Positions 1 to 8,421 of a stretch of DNA of 64,000 bases are shown here, piece by piece. Position numbers and translations under genes: made by a program. Location of the stretch: NCBI GenBank assembly GCA_965203175.1, contig OZ241867.1:5632001-5696000 (forward strand). The letters are read 5' to 3'. The stretch comes from Candidatus Latescibacterota bacterium (lineage in GTDB: Bacteria; Latescibacterota; UBA2968; UBA8231). Under the pieces are notes generated by a model. That model did no database searches and was not told the origin of the DNA. It saw nothing but the letters and a program-made list of their open reading frames with translations. The first letter of the stretch is position 1. Each line of letters begins with the position of its first letter.

Positions 1-104
1 GGGCCGTAATATACCTTACCGCTAGCAACATGCCAAAGAAACATCTACTCCGTTCCGCTGCTGCTGGCGTAAAAAGCCCGTTCTCAAACCGCATGGAGAA
101 ATAC

Positions 105-133
105 TTGCAACCGCATTTGCCTTTTCTTACCGT
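105..133 (+). promoter_or_regulatory. Candidate sigma70 promoter for the 191-20493 operon
   Basis: TTGCAA (105-110), 17 nt spacer, TACCGT (128-133), 57 nt upstream of ATG 191. Confidence 0.45.
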
Positions 134-190
134 TTGGACTAATCCGCAAAATTTGGTGTGTTGGCTTGATCTTTCTCGTTGAGAGGTACT

Positions 191-3100
191 ATGACACCTC
201 TGCTCATCGTAGGGACTTTGCTGGGGCTAGTAGTAGGCTCGTACTTTGTACCGACCCCGGACGAAATACAAGCTTCTTTCAAGCAGGCGCAGAAATTCTA
301 CGCCGCCGAGGACTACGAGCAAGCCATCGCAACCTACGAGCGCATCAATGCCATTGAAAGCCCGCTGCTCTACACGGCGGAGATTGAGGTCGCGGTCGGC
401 GAGGTTACGGCCCCAATCAAAGAAATCGCCCTCTACCAAACGGGTAATAGCTACTTCAAGCGCGCCCAAGAATCCCAGCGCCGCGCCGCCTGGGAGCGCG
501 ACCCCGAACGCCAGCGCCAACTCGCCGAACGGACCGCTACCGACTTCGTAGAAGCGGCCGCCTACTTCCGCAAGACCGAAGCCCAGACTACCTCCCCGCA
601 GATGCGGGAACTGGCCCGCAACCGGCTGATCAACTGCCTCTATGAAAGCGGCGATTACCAGCGCACCATAGAAGAAGGCCGAGCTTTTCTGCAGAAATAT
701 CCCGCCAGCCAATACCTCGACAACGCCCTCTACAATATCGGCTGGGCCCATTTTGAATTGGGCCAGTACGGGGAAAGCATCACCACCTTTGAAGAATTGG
801 TACAGCACGCTCCCAAAGGGTACCGCGCAGACCGGGCGCTTTTCCAAATCGGCGAAGCCTACTTTCTGCAGCAGCACTACGATCAGGCCACTTCCTGGTA
901 CCAAGAGGTAGTAACCCGCCAAGACATCGACCACCTCAGCGAGCGCGACCTACTGAAGATGCGGCGCGAAAAAATAGCCGGCCTAGTGGACGAGACCGCG
1001 CTAGAACTGGCGGCCAAAGCCCAGATCAAAGTAGGCGATTGTCGCGCCCAAAGTGGGGATTTTGCCGCTGCCGCTGCCGCCTATAGCAAGGTTATAACCG
1101 CCTTCGCCCAGGAACAAAAACTGGTGGCCGAAGCCTACATCCGCCTAGCCGATATGTACACCCAAGGCGGCGATGACCAAGCAGCAGTGCGCACCTACCG
1201 CGAGGCCATCGACGGTAGCCGCAACCGCATTTTTCAGGCCAGCATGCAATCCCTGCTGGCCGAACACTATTACGGCATTGGCAACTATCAGCACGCCATC
1301 GCCGAATACCAACTCTACCTAGATGCGTACGGGGATGTAGCCAAAGCCGCTGGTCTGGCACCGCCCTGGGCCCTTTATAAGATCGGACGAGCCCATTACG
1401 AGCGGGCCGAGGTTCAGCGCCAAGCTGCGAACGACGATGCCCGCTTGACCTACGCACAGGCGATCGCCGCTTACGAACGCATTGCCGCCGACTACCCCAG
1501 CAGCGAACTAGTCCTAGCGGCTACCCCGTTTAATATCGCCCTGTGCAACCAGATGATTGGTGCCTTGGGCAGTGCCGAGCACACGGCCCAGGCACTGGAG
1601 CTCTACCAAGAGATCGTCGCCGCCGACCAAGACCCAGACTACGTGCGCAGCGCTCTTTTCCAACTGGGCCGCATCCACTACCAGCAAGAAGACTTCAAGC
1701 AGGCCATCGCCGCTTACGAGTCCATTCTGCAAGAATACTCCGAGGCTCCGCAGCGCCACGGGGCCCGTTTTGAACTAGCTCTGTGCTACCGAGATCTGGG
1801 CCAGCCCGGCAAGGCAGTAGAGCTATTCCGACAGCTTGATCGCACTTCAAACTTGTTCCCCAAGGCCATGCTCGAAGCGAGCAACCTGCTGGCTGCGGCG
1901 GGCGATTTCTCGGGGGCGCTAGAGGCGCTAGCGGCGGGCTTAGAGGCCAGTACAGATAAAAACGAACAGGCCCGTCTCCACTACATGAAAGGGCGCACCC
2001 TGATCGAAACGGAGACATTTGCCGCCGCAGTGGAGGCATTGGGACGCACCATTGAACTAGCCGACGACGACGAGGTGCGCCTAGGTGCCCTCTACGGCCG
2101 CGGCGTAAGCCTGCTCAAATTAAAACGCTACCAAGAGGCAACAGCCGACCTGAAGATGCTGCTGCACAGCGACAACGAGGAGTTGGCAAGGGCGGCCCAG
2201 CGCATGCTTGGTCTGGCCCATCTCGAATTAGGTCATCAGGAAGAAGCCATCGAGGACTACCAAGCCCTAGTAGCGGCAGCAACCGATTCACTCGAACGCG
2301 CCGAACACCTAGTGGTGCTGGCCGAACTTCACTACAACCTAGAGGAATTCGATCAAGTCGAGGCCCTATGCCAGCGGATTCTCTCCTTGGACTTGCCCGC
2401 CGTGCGCGGAGAGCAACCCTATTCCCTCCAAGAGAAAGCCTACTTCCTAATGGGCGACGCCCACGGCTCACGGGGCGACACCCAAGCGCTAATCAACACC
2501 TACCAAAAGGCACTGTCCCACTACCCAGATTCCTATTATTCGGCCGATATGCGCTTTGCTGTAGGACAAACCCTATTCGAGCGGGAAGATCTCGCGGGAA
2601 CCGTGCGAGTGCTCGAAACTTATCTGCAGAAGACGCCTAATCATCGCAACCGCCCCTATGCCCTCTACTATCTGGGATACGCCTATTTTAACCAGACTCA
2701 GTTCGAGCAGGCCGCGGCTGCCTTTGCCGACCTAGCCAGCGCCTATCCCCAAAGCGAACTGGCACCCGATGCACTGTTCCGGGCCGGAGAAGCCCATTAC
2801 AACTTGGGCCAATTCGAGACGGCGCAAGGGCACTACCAGCAATTGCTCGAAATGCACCCGCGATCGGATCTGGCCGACGATGCCCTCTACAATCTGGCCT
2901 GGTCCCATCTCAATATGGAACGGACGTCCCAAGCCATCGCCGCCTTCCAAAGCGTGGTTTCCGACTACCCCGGCAGCGCTCTGGCGGCCAATGCCCAGTT
3001 CACCATCGGCGACTTTTACTACAACGAGAAGGAATACGACAACGCCCTGCAGGCCTACCAAGAAGTCATCCGCCGCTTTCCCAGCAGTCCGGTGGCGCAA

Positions 3101-3436
3101 AAGGTTCCCGAATTAATAGATGACTTGCGCGAAGTAGTGGCCTACCTGCGCTACGCCGAAGTCGAGGAGATCTTTGCCCAAGCCCTTGAAGAGCAAGACC
3201 CGGCCCAATTCCGCCGGGCGGCAGCCGGCTTTGCGGAAATCGCGCGCGACTATCCCGGCACCGAAAGCGAGATCGGAGCACTGAGCAACATGGGGGTCTG
3301 CTACGAGTCATTGGGGCAGTGGAAGGACGCAGTGCAGGTTTACGATCAGGTTCTTGAGCGCCTAGCCGACGAACAGGCCGAAGCCCATCGCTTTGCCCGC
3401 ATGCACAAAGAGTGGATCGAAGCCAACCGCTTATAG
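191..3436 (+). CDS. Very large tetratricopeptide-repeat protein (BamD/CpoB-like TPR pairs) with N-terminal signal/TM anchor
   Basis: SD GAGAGGT (181-187) precedes ATG 191, preferred over TTG 179; hydrophobic N-terminus LLIVGTLLGLVVGSYF; many 'YPxSxxAxxALYxxG' TPR units. Confidence 0.9.
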   Translation: MTPLLIVGTLLGLVVGSYFVPTPDEIQASFKQAQKFYAAEDYEQAIATYERINAIESPLLYTAEIEVAVGEVTAPIKEIALYQTGNSYFKRAQESQRRAAWERDPERQRQLAERTATDFVEAAAYFRKTEAQTTSPQMRELARNRLINCLYESGDYQRTIEEGRAFLQKYPASQYLDNALYNIGWAHFELGQYGESITTFEELVQHAPKGYRADRALFQIGEAYFLQQHYDQATSWYQEVVTRQDIDHLSERDLLKMRREKIAGLVDETALELAAKAQIKVGDCRAQSGDFAAAAAAYSKVITAFAQEQKLVAEAYIRLADMYTQGGDDQAAVRTYREAIDGSRNRIFQASMQSLLAEHYYGIGNYQHAIAEYQLYLDAYGDVAKAAGLAPPWALYKIGRAHYERAEVQRQAANDDARLTYAQAIAAYERIAADYPSSELVLAATPFNIALCNQMIGALGSAEHTAQALELYQEIVAADQDPDYVRSALFQLGRIHYQQEDFKQAIAAYESILQEYSEAPQRHGARFELALCYRDLGQPGKAVELFRQLDRTSNLFPKAMLEASNLLAAAGDFSGALEALAAGLEASTDKNEQARLHYMKGRTLIETETFAAAVEALGRTIELADDDEVRLGALYGRGVSLLKLKRYQEATADLKMLLHSDNEELARAAQRMLGLAHLELGHQEEAIEDYQALVAAATDSLERAEHLVVLAELHYNLEEFDQVEALCQRILSLDLPAVRGEQPYSLQEKAYFLMGDAHGSRGDTQALINTYQKALSHYPDSYYSADMRFAVGQTLFEREDLAGTVRVLETYLQKTPNHRNRPYALYYLGYAYFNQTQFEQAAAAFADLASAYPQSELAPDALFRAGEAHYNLGQFETAQGHYQQLLEMHPRSDLADDALYNLAWSHLNMERTSQAIAAFQSVVSDYPGSALAANAQFTIGDFYYNEKEYDNALQAYQEVIRRFPSSPVAQKVPELIDDLREVVAYLRYAEVEEIFAQALEEQDPAQFRRAAAGFAEIARDYPGTESEIGALSNMGVCYESLGQWKDAVQVYDQVLERLADEQAEAHRFARMHKEWIEANRL

Positions 3437-3443
3437 GAATACC

Positions 3444-4667
3444 ATGGCCACTCAAATCGATGCCAAACGCTTCGCCACACCGACGGACGCACTCCGTTTG
3501 GAGGAATTACTGCGCCGACAGCGCGGAGTGCTCTACCGGGCGCTAGCAGTGGCTATTGTTTTGTTGGCCATACCCGCAATTTACCTAGCGACTAGGGAAG
3601 AAGAAAAAAAAGCGCCCAAACCTCCACTGATGCACCTCGTGGTGCGCAAACCGCGCCTAACCAAAGCCTTTGAGTTTGAGAAACAGCAAATCCCCAAGCG
3701 GCAAATGACCCGCCAAGTGCGGGCGGCCAAGCCGCAAATCACCCGCAAACCCCAGATTCGCCTCCCCGACCTAGTCGGCAAGATCAAGACTTTCCGTTTC
3801 GGCGTTGCCAGCGGTGCTGATCTAGGTTTGGAAGTGGTCCAGCCCGAAGTACAGCGCGTAGCCATCAAAAGCCCCAAAGAGCCGGAGAAGCGCATCAGTA
3901 TGCAGGAAGAATTCCTCGACTTGGAAGCGCTGGATATCGGCCGCTATAAGGGATTGGTGGTCCAGGATCCGGCCGACAAACAGAACATCACAGGCTTCGT
4001 TTACCTAGCCCTAGCCTGGGGCAACGACTTCAAACCATCAACCCAGCGGGCCATCTTCGAGCTGGTTGAAGCAATTAATGGATTTACCCAGATTCGGGCC
4101 GAAGTGGACGACCATCTCTTCCTCGATTCGCGCGCCATCTTCCGGGCACCCTTTGTGTACATTTCCGTCGATCAAGCCTTTGAACCCACCCAGCAGGAGA
4201 TCGCCAATCTAGGCGACTATTTGCGGCAGGGCGGCTTTGTCATGGTCGAAGCCATGGGCGAGTTGGGGCGGGATGCCGCCACTGAGTACACCCCGGCCGA
4301 AGCCTCGCTGCGGGAAATGCTCAAGGCTTCTCTAGGGCGGGATGCGCGCTTCAAGGTCATCCCCAACGATCACCCCATATACTACAGCTTTTACGATTTC
4401 GACGATGGTCCGCCGCCAAAGCGGACTCATGAAAGGCTTGTGCACAGCCGCGACTTTCATCCCGAAGTGCCCTTCTTAGAAGGCATTTTTCTGGGCGAGC
4501 GGCTGGTGGCGATCTTCACGACCAAGGAATATGGACGCGCCTGGGAAAAGGAATTCCGCAACGAGCCACAGCTACAAATGGGCGTCAACCTAGTGGTGTT
4601 CGCCCTGACTCAGCAAGGCTCCATTGCCCAGCAACAGATCGATTTCTACACGGAGCAGAACCGATGA
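3444..4667 (+). CDS. DUF4159-domain protein with N-terminal TM helix and Lys/Pro/Arg-rich linker
   Basis: ATG 3444 after TAGGAAT; TM ALAVAIVLLAIPAIYLA; DUF4159-like motifs 'PFVYI..FEPTQQEIANLGDYLRQGGF', 'IPNDHPIY..FYDF', 'LEGIFLGERLVAIF', 'QMGVNLVVFALT'. Confidence 0.75.
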   Translation: MATQIDAKRFATPTDALRLEELLRRQRGVLYRALAVAIVLLAIPAIYLATREEEKKAPKPPLMHLVVRKPRLTKAFEFEKQQIPKRQMTRQVRAAKPQITRKPQIRLPDLVGKIKTFRFGVASGADLGLEVVQPEVQRVAIKSPKEPEKRISMQEEFLDLEALDIGRYKGLVVQDPADKQNITGFVYLALAWGNDFKPSTQRAIFELVEAINGFTQIRAEVDDHLFLDSRAIFRAPFVYISVDQAFEPTQQEIANLGDYLRQGGFVMVEAMGELGRDAATEYTPAEASLREMLKASLGRDARFKVIPNDHPIYYSFYDFDDGPPPKRTHERLVHSRDFHPEVPFLEGIFLGERLVAIFTTKEYGRAWEKEFRNEPQLQMGVNLVVFALTQQGSIAQQQIDFYTEQNR

Positions 4668-5905
4668 GTAAAGAGGATAATAGCGCGATGGGACGCGGCC
4701 GATTGATCTGGATTATTGCTCTGTGCGGCCTACTATCAGGCTGTTTTCTCTTTCCCACGGCCGTCAAGCGCGAGACCCTGCTGTTGCCGGTCATCGAGTC
4801 CGCGGAAACGGAAGAGATCTATAGTCTGCAAGAGAATGGCGCGACCTCTTGGGAACTAGCCGGTCTGCGCCTCGAGGTAGAGCACATGACCGACGCCAAG
4901 CTCAATGCCCTCTTTCCCGACGAATCCGGGCGCGGCAAGTACTCGACCAATCCCTATACCTACGGCAACTGGACCGATACACGCCTAGGTTATACGCCCA
5001 ACCGCTTCACCGTTTTCAAAGTCACTATTTTCAACCGCACTCAGCCCAAAGTCATGCTCGACCCATTGGCAGCCGTATTAGAGACCGACCAAGGTCAGTT
5101 CCTGCGCGCCTACGGCATCACTTCGTCGTCGCCCTATGGCAATTTCGAAAACTACTACCGCTCGCAGCGGGGCCAGAGCGGCAACGAATTCTATCGCTTC
5201 GAACTGCGCATGGGCATGGTGCGCAGTTATAACTACGAGGAGGACCAGCCCATATTTAAGGGCGAAAATTACGGCGGTTTTATCGTCTTCGATCCGGTTT
5301 ATCCCGAAACCGAGGAAGTAGTGCTGATTCTGAAGGACTTCGTCTTGCGTTTCGGGGCTTTTGACAAACCCGTGGAAAAGCGGGATCTGCGCTTTGTCTT
5401 TAAACACAAAGTGGAAAACCTCGTCGTGCAAAAGGGATCAACCAGCGGCAAAACCGCTGAAACCCTGATGATTTCCGAGAATGGCCCCAGCCAGATCATG
5501 GGCAACCTGCCCGGCGAGCGCACCCGCAGCCTGAGTGCCATTCGGGCCGTGGTGCGGCAGCGCTTGTCGGGTCTCAACCGCTGCTTCGTCGAAGCATTCG
5601 ACAAAGGCGAAGCCACCGAAGGTGCCGTGACCATGCGCTTCACCATTGAGGTGGGCGGAGCCGTTTCCGAAGCCAAGGCCACCAACTCGAGCGTGGGCAG
5701 CCAAGCCGTGGACCAGTGCATGCAGCAAGAAATTATGCGGTGGGCTTTCCGACCCATTGATATAGGGGCACTACAAACGCCAGCGACTAGTGCCACGAGT
5801 GGAGAGAATGGACCGGCGAGTGGTCCTGGAGCGCGGGCCACAGCACCTCGGTTGACGCCACTGCCTGTATTGGTGACGTATCCCTTCACTTTCAAGGTGG
5901 AATAG
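4664..5905 (+). CDS. Lipoprotein with C-terminal AgmX/PglI (TonB-C-like) domain
   Basis: Lipobox LLSGC; C-terminus 'IRAVVRQRLSGLNRCF..GAVTMRFTI..GAV..AVDQCM..WAF..VLVTYPFTF'; ATGA overlap with upstream gene (alternative start 4688). Confidence 0.75.
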   Translation: MSKEDNSAMGRGRLIWIIALCGLLSGCFLFPTAVKRETLLLPVIESAETEEIYSLQENGATSWELAGLRLEVEHMTDAKLNALFPDESGRGKYSTNPYTYGNWTDTRLGYTPNRFTVFKVTIFNRTQPKVMLDPLAAVLETDQGQFLRAYGITSSSPYGNFENYYRSQRGQSGNEFYRFELRMGMVRSYNYEEDQPIFKGENYGGFIVFDPVYPETEEVVLILKDFVLRFGAFDKPVEKRDLRFVFKHKVENLVVQKGSTSGKTAETLMISENGPSQIMGNLPGERTRSLSAIRAVVRQRLSGLNRCFVEAFDKGEATEGAVTMRFTIEVGGAVSEAKATNSSVGSQAVDQCMQQEIMRWAFRPIDIGALQTPATSATSGENGPASGPGARATAPRLTPLPVLVTYPFTFKVE

Positions 5906-6372
5906 TGCGATTCAGCATACTCTTTGCAATTTTCTTTTTTCTCGCCGCTTGCGGCCGGGAAGAAGTGCCGCTGCTTGCGGTGCATCAGATATTGAACAAA
6001 ACCGGAGTAGCCCTAAAGGAGCGCCTGGGCGAACCGGATTTCGACTTTGCGCGCTCCGCGGAAGTAACCACTCTACAGTGGAGAGATGCGGATGGAGATA
6101 GCACCTGGGTTTACGTGGATTTGCTACACGACAACGCGTCTTATGTGACCTATACGTTCAAAAAAATGGACCCCTTTGATACGGCGGAAGCCCTGCGGCG
6201 CATTGGCCTGTCCGTGCCGGAACAAGAGCCGGAACAAGTATGGGAAAACGGCTCAAAGCGCTGGAAGCCCTTCGGCCAATACCACCGTCTGGTGGTCAAT
6301 CCAGTTACCAAACTCGTCACTGTAAGCCTCGACATCGAGTCGGAAGCACAACGAGAAATAGCTGAAAAATGA
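5905..6372 (+). CDS. Small hypothetical lipoprotein
   Basis: GTG overlaps upstream TAG; lipobox FFFLAAC; translationally coupled on both sides. Confidence 0.75.
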   Translation: MRFSILFAIFFFLAACGREEVPLLAVHQILNKTGVALKERLGEPDFDFARSAEVTTLQWRDADGDSTWVYVDLLHDNASYVTYTFKKMDPFDTAEALRRIGLSVPEQEPEQVWENGSKRWKPFGQYHRLVVNPVTKLVTVSLDIESEAQREIAEK

Positions 6373-8420
6373 AAGTCAGGCCATCGGTAGTGGGTTTTGT
6401 CCTAGCGATGCTCTCGCCTGCGGCTGCGGCCGAGTGGCAGATAGCGCAGTGGGACCAGACCGTCCACTACCGGCTTACCTTCAATGCGGCTGAAGCCACA
6501 CAGGCCGCGCTGCGTCTGACCGCGGTCAATGAATACGAAGTTTTCCTCAACGGAGACTCAGTGGGCAGCGATGGCGACTGGACAACCGTCGAGGAACTGG
6601 CGGTCGACCTGCAAAGCGGTGACAACCATCTAGCCGTGCGCGCGGAAAACTGGGGACAGGGCAACGGCAGTGGTCTGATCGTCGAAGTGGTCGCCGGCGA
6701 CCAAGTGTGGCTGAGTACTACCAGCGGCCTGCAGGAGGTCTGGCGCTGGAGCGGCGATCCCCAGCAAGGCACCGACTGGCTGACGGCAGATATGAGCGAG
6801 GTAGCAGGGTGGACAACGGTACAGCGCGGTTGGCTGGAGCGCCCCAGGCTTTCCGGTTGGGACGACACCCTCGGAGCGGAAGTAATTGCCGGCTACCCGG
6901 GAGGCGTTGACGTGGGCGGCGACGGGCTGAGTTTGCGCACAGTCGAGGGCGAAAACCTCGCACTTAGTCAGTCGGCCAATCGACCGGAAGTATTCGACGG
7001 CCAAGCTGAAAGCGTCTGGACGATCGAACCCGACGAACTCAATAGCTTTGCCCGCGTCGATCTCGGTATCCAGCGCCTGCTCGGCGAAGTGCGGGTCTTT
7101 ACGGCCGGAGAGAATGCCGAAGATTTTGCCGCCAACACGCTGCAGGGATATGCCGTCGAGGTCAGCAACGACGGTTTTCAATGGCGCGAAGTCGGTGCCA
7201 TCCGCGGCATTGCCGATTTTGCGCAAACCGCCGTCGCCTTTGAGCCGATCTTCGGCCGCTTTTTGCGCGTGGTCGCCACCGAACTCGATCCACTGCGGCG
7301 GGCCCGCATCGCCGATATTCAGGTGACCGGTCAGGGAGTAGCCCCTGCGGGTACGTTCACTTCGGCACCACTAGCTCTAGGTTTGCCCGACCAGCGCAAG
7401 ATCTACGACCGCTTCCGCTGGACCGGACAGCGGCCCGCAGGCACCGCCCTGAGCATGCAGTTTCGCACTTCGAACGACGGCGTCTCCTGGAGCGACTGGA
7501 GCCCTGAAACCAATGCTTCAGAAGCCGATCTGCAGGTACCCGAACCGAGGGACTTGCTACAGTATCGAGTCAATTTCTCCACCGATTTCGAAGACGTCGG
7601 TCCGCGCTTGGATAGTCTAATCATTGCTTTCGCCGAGCAAACGCCCACCTCGGCCGCTCGCGTCCGGGTGGAACCGAACAAGGGAGTAGTAGGACGCGAG
7701 ACCGAATTCGTCTACCACCTCGCAGTCGAATTCGACGAAGGCGATTTAGGCGTGGAGCGCATCCGCATCGACATGCCGAGCCTAGCCGAGGTAACAGAAA
7801 TTGTGCCTCCCCCAGGGATGGAAGTCGCCCGCACCACCGTTTCGGGAGACGCCCTGGAGTTGGTATGGGCCGATCTCTGGCGTCAGTCCGGCCAGTTGCA
7901 ACTGCGTTTCAGGGCGCGGTTGCTGACCAACCAGTTCGCCTTTTCCACGCGCCTTTTCAGCCCAGAGGCAGCTATCTCACTCGATGCCGAGGAGGATGAC
8001 GCCTCTGATCCCGAAACCGGTGCCCCTTACTCCTGGAGTGTGCGAGCATTCGACGCGATTGGGCCGATATTGGACCAAGTGCGGACAAACCCGCCCGTTT
8101 TCACCCCCAACGGCGACAACATCAACGACCATACCATAGTTGAATTCGTTCTCTCTCGGATCAGTGTGCCCCAGGAAATAGACGTGGACATTTTCGACCT
8201 AGGAGGCCGCTTGGTGCGCCAGCTAGACACCGGCGCGCTGCGCGGCGGCCAATACGTGCGCCCTCCAGCCGGAAGCGACCCTGTGCGCAGCCCGGGTTTT
8301 TGGGACGGCCGCGACGACGATGGCACTTTGGTGGTGCCGGGTTTGTACCTAGTGCGAGTGCGGGCCCAATTGGACCAGGGCGACAAAACCGCCCTGTGCT
8401 CCGTAGCGGTGGTGTACTGA
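6369..8420 (+). CDS. Family B1: secreted protein, galactose-binding-like + discoidin (F5/8C)-like + Ig domains, FlgD/CHU_C-like CTD
   Basis: Signal peptide ending SPAAAA; 'LRLTAVNEYEVFLNG..G' beta-sandwich; 'FDG..W..VDLG..YAVEVSNDG..W' discoidin pattern; 'WSDWS'; 'PPVFTPNGDNIND..WDGRDDDG..PGLY..VAVVY*'. Confidence 0.8.
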   Translation: MKVRPSVVGFVLAMLSPAAAAEWQIAQWDQTVHYRLTFNAAEATQAALRLTAVNEYEVFLNGDSVGSDGDWTTVEELAVDLQSGDNHLAVRAENWGQGNGSGLIVEVVAGDQVWLSTTSGLQEVWRWSGDPQQGTDWLTADMSEVAGWTTVQRGWLERPRLSGWDDTLGAEVIAGYPGGVDVGGDGLSLRTVEGENLALSQSANRPEVFDGQAESVWTIEPDELNSFARVDLGIQRLLGEVRVFTAGENAEDFAANTLQGYAVEVSNDGFQWREVGAIRGIADFAQTAVAFEPIFGRFLRVVATELDPLRRARIADIQVTGQGVAPAGTFTSAPLALGLPDQRKIYDRFRWTGQRPAGTALSMQFRTSNDGVSWSDWSPETNASEADLQVPEPRDLLQYRVNFSTDFEDVGPRLDSLIIAFAEQTPTSAARVRVEPNKGVVGRETEFVYHLAVEFDEGDLGVERIRIDMPSLAEVTEIVPPPGMEVARTTVSGDALELVWADLWRQSGQLQLRFRARLLTNQFAFSTRLFSPEAAISLDAEEDDASDPETGAPYSWSVRAFDAIGPILDQVRTNPPVFTPNGDNINDHTIVEFVLSRISVPQEIDVDIFDLGGRLVRQLDTGALRGGQYVRPPAGSDPVRSPGFWDGRDDDGTLVVPGLYLVRVRAQLDQGDKTALCSVAVVY

Positions 8421-8421
8421 G

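Noticed and set aside
1-31. Possible start of a divergent minus-strand gene (ATG at 31)
   Set aside because: Only about 10 codons are visible; cannot be supported
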